64,000 nt of DNA from Prorocentrum cordatum. Its lineage: Eukaryota. Under the pieces are notes generated by a model. That model worked only from the letters and a program-made list of their open reading frames with translations. It made no database searches and was not told where the DNA came from. Both the position numbers and the translations under genes were made by a program. Every line of letters starts with the position of its first letter. Position 1 is the stretch's first letter. The stretch is from positions 558,001-622,000 of the forward strand of contig CAUYUJ010000214.1 of assembly GCA_963575745.1 (NCBI GenBank), in the 5' to 3' direction. This document shows, one piece after another, positions 61,152 to 64,000 of the stretch.

Positions 61152-64000
61152 AGGAGGAATCCCAGTGAACAGACGAGTTCGTAGACACGAGTCATGAGGA
61201 AGAGAGGGGGGGGAAGATGATGGTGTGGGAGTACGAGGAGGACGAGGAGGAGGAGGAGGGGGAGGGGGAGGAGGAGGAGGAGGAGGAGGAGGAGGAGGGG
61301 AGGAGGAGGAGGAGGAGGAGGAGGAGGAGGAGGAGGAGGAGGAGGAGGAGGAGGAGGAGAAAGGGGAGGAGGAGAAGAACTTGAGTGGTAGTTGATGGGG
61401 GGGCAGGTACGAGGAGAAGACATCTCGTGGATGTTCCCAGAAGCAGCAGGACTGTTGCTCAATTCCCGGGTCCTGGCTTTCCGAGGCCTTCTGGAGGCGC
61501 AGGGAGGACCAGCGGCTCCAGAACACCCCCCGAAACTCTCCGGAAACCGTCCTCCTCGATCCCTCGGGGGCAGCAGGGACGAACCTTTGCCGCTCCCGCC
61601 CGCTGTTTGGTAACACTCCTCAACGTTCTGCGGGTCGCCCCCGCTGGAAGCTTTGATTCCCCGACCCCACCGCGCACCCGCTGCCCGCTGGAGTCCGCGA
61701 TAGGGGGTGGACGAGGAGGAGGAGAAGGGGGAGGAGGAGGAGGAGGAGCAAGAGGAGGATGAGGAGGAGGAGGAGGAAGAGGAGGAGCAGAGGGAGGAGG
61801 AGGAGGAGGAGGAGGAGCAGGAGGAGGAGGAGGAGGAGGAAGAGGAGGAGGAGGAGGAGGAGGAGGAGGAGGAAGAGGAGTACGATGAGGAGCACAAGGA
61901 GGAGGAGGAGGAGGAGGAGGAGGAGGAGGAGCGATCAGGAAACGGAACAGAAGAAGATGGACGGTGAGGAGGAGGAGGAGGAGGAGAAGGAGGATGACGA
62001 GGAGGAGGAGGAGGAGCAGGAGTAGGAGTAGAAGGAGGAGGATGAGGAAGACGACGCGGAGAAGAGGGAGGGGGAGGAGGATGGGAAGGAGGATGGGGAG
62101 GGGGAGGAGGAGGAGGAGGAGGAGGAGGAGGAGGAGGAGGAGGAGGAGGCGGAGTACCAATGTAAACTCTAGACCCATCAACGATCTTGTAGTACACTCT
62201 CCCTCTAAGCTCCTTCGTCATATGCCCCTAGAAAGTTTCATTTCCACTGAGGGAAGAGCCCCGTCTGGGGACAACCGTCTGAAGGTCCTCAAGCGTGCCA
62301 GGACACCATTCTCAAGACTTCGACGCCACGAGTCAACCAGGACGGTTGCATCCTGACGATCCCCGAATCGTGCCAGTACACTATTCCTGGGACTTCAACA
62401 TAACGTTCGCGCCCTGGCAATCCTGACTCGTTCCAAGAATTAGCTCTGGTTCGTCGACCGTGAACACCATTGGCAATCCTGCAATTGTGTGCAACGAACG
62501 TGCGCGAAGCTTAGGCGATAACCATGTGTTTTGAACAGTGGTCGCCCTCAATCCGTGAAGCTCCTAGCAAGTGTACAGACGAGTGTGCGAAGCGCAAGGG
62601 CGAAAGCTACATTTTGAGAATGACCTGCCCTCAACCCGTGCAGTTCTTGCAAGCTTTAAGACGAGTGTTCGCGGCACTACGGCGAGAACCACAGTTTGAA
62701 CACAGCCCGCCCTCAACCCATCAAATTGTGACCAGGCTTTCAGCTTCAGGCTCACGAGTGGGACCCAAGGTCCATGCGAAACGCCCAGCCCGCCCGTCCG
62801 ACTGGCCCTGAGGCGCGAAGGGGAAGGAGTGGTGGACGAAGAGGAGGGAGGAGGAGACGGAGGAGGCACGAGTAGGAAGGAGGAGTGAACGGTGACGAGG
62901 AAGAGCGGGAGGAGGTGGAGGAGGAGGAGGGACGTCGAGCCAGGAAGGCGGAGGAGGGCTTTCGAGGAAGGGGGAGGACAGACGATGCGGAGAAGGAGGA
63001 GGAGGAAGGACGAGGAGGAGGGAAGAGGACGAGGACGAAGACCATAACAAACCCAAGGTGCATCAGAGATGCTGCAACACACACTCCCGTTCGAAGCTTC
63101 TGTCTCGGAAGTCCCTGCAGGCCTTCCTGCTTACTGCAAGAGCAGCGCCTCCTAGAGAGGCCAGCACCAGGTGGCCCTTCCGTTCATGCGAGAGCACCGT
63201 TTTGAAATGGAGCTAGCTCCTCCTCCGCCTCCTCCTCCTCCTCCTCCTCCTCCTCCTCCTCCTCCCTGCTCACTCTCGTCCTCCTTCTCCTCCTCCTCCT
63301 CCACCTCCTCCTCCTGCGCCCCTTTCTTCCATCCTTTCAGGGACGCACAGGGAGATCGTGTTTTTTTGTTTTAAATGAATAGAAAAAAGAGACCGCCACC
63401 CAGTCGGTTGTTTGCACAACTTTTCACACATTGCCATGGACTTCCTGGAAGTTCCAAGCGAGAGCCCATTTTGAGAAGCGATGTTGGCAAGCTGTACCAC
63501 ATGTTCAAGCTGGCAGTCCTCAAGTCGACAGGAGTCTGTGCATGGCACTAAGGCGAAAAACTTTGATTGGAAGCGGCTCCCTCTCCGTAGCCTTGAAGCT
63601 GCGGCAGATATCTGAAGACGAGCGCGCGCGGCGCCACATGCTGAACACGATCCCACCGCCGTCCTTGAAGTGGTCGCAAGTCCTTTAAGGTAGATTCGTA
63701 CCTTGCGCCGTCTTGTTTCCTTTTGTTCCTCCTCCTCCTCCTGTTCCTCCTCTTACTTAGTTCTTGGCCCTGGTGTGGACATTGTGGCAGTCTCTCCCCA
63801 CGGGCTGCGGCCTGATCTCCTCCCTTGCTCTCGGCTTGCGTGGAGAAAAAGTGGTAGCAAGTTTTCAAGACGAGGGTACGCGGCGAGATCGCGAAGGGTC
63901 GCGAGGAACGGTGAGGAGGGATCACCAGGAGGACGGACGGGGATGAGAATGGCCGAGGAGGAGGACGAAGAACGAGGAAGAGGAGGAGGAGGAGGGCCGA

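Overview
GC-rich eukaryotic genomic DNA dominated by microsatellites ((GAG/CCT)n, (GAT)n, (GAC)n, (TAC)n, (GA)n, (TATG)n), ~90-bp tandem arrays and many short dispersed repeats. The repeat landscape, degenerate PPR units, and candidate micro-exons with AG|G acceptors and GT/GC/GA donors suggest a dinoflagellate, possibly Prorocentrum-like (inference only). Almost all ORFs in the track are low-complexity artefacts. One coding segment is convincing: a 941-nt + strand terminal exon (46973-47913) encoding an NDNF/DUF2369-like fibronectin type III protein with a C-terminal hydrophobic anchor. Also present: scattered low-confidence candidate exons; decayed non-LTR retrotransposon fragments (RNase H; restriction-like endonuclease); a decayed PPR tract; at least six MITE-like families, including ones with 8-bp, 9-bp and TA target-site duplications; two insertions with intron-like ends (Introner candidates); and two families of composite hairpin-head + microsatellite + ~90-bp tandem-array elements resembling Helentron/DINE non-autonomous elements. 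No rRNA, tRNA, CRISPR array or intact spliced leader was found.
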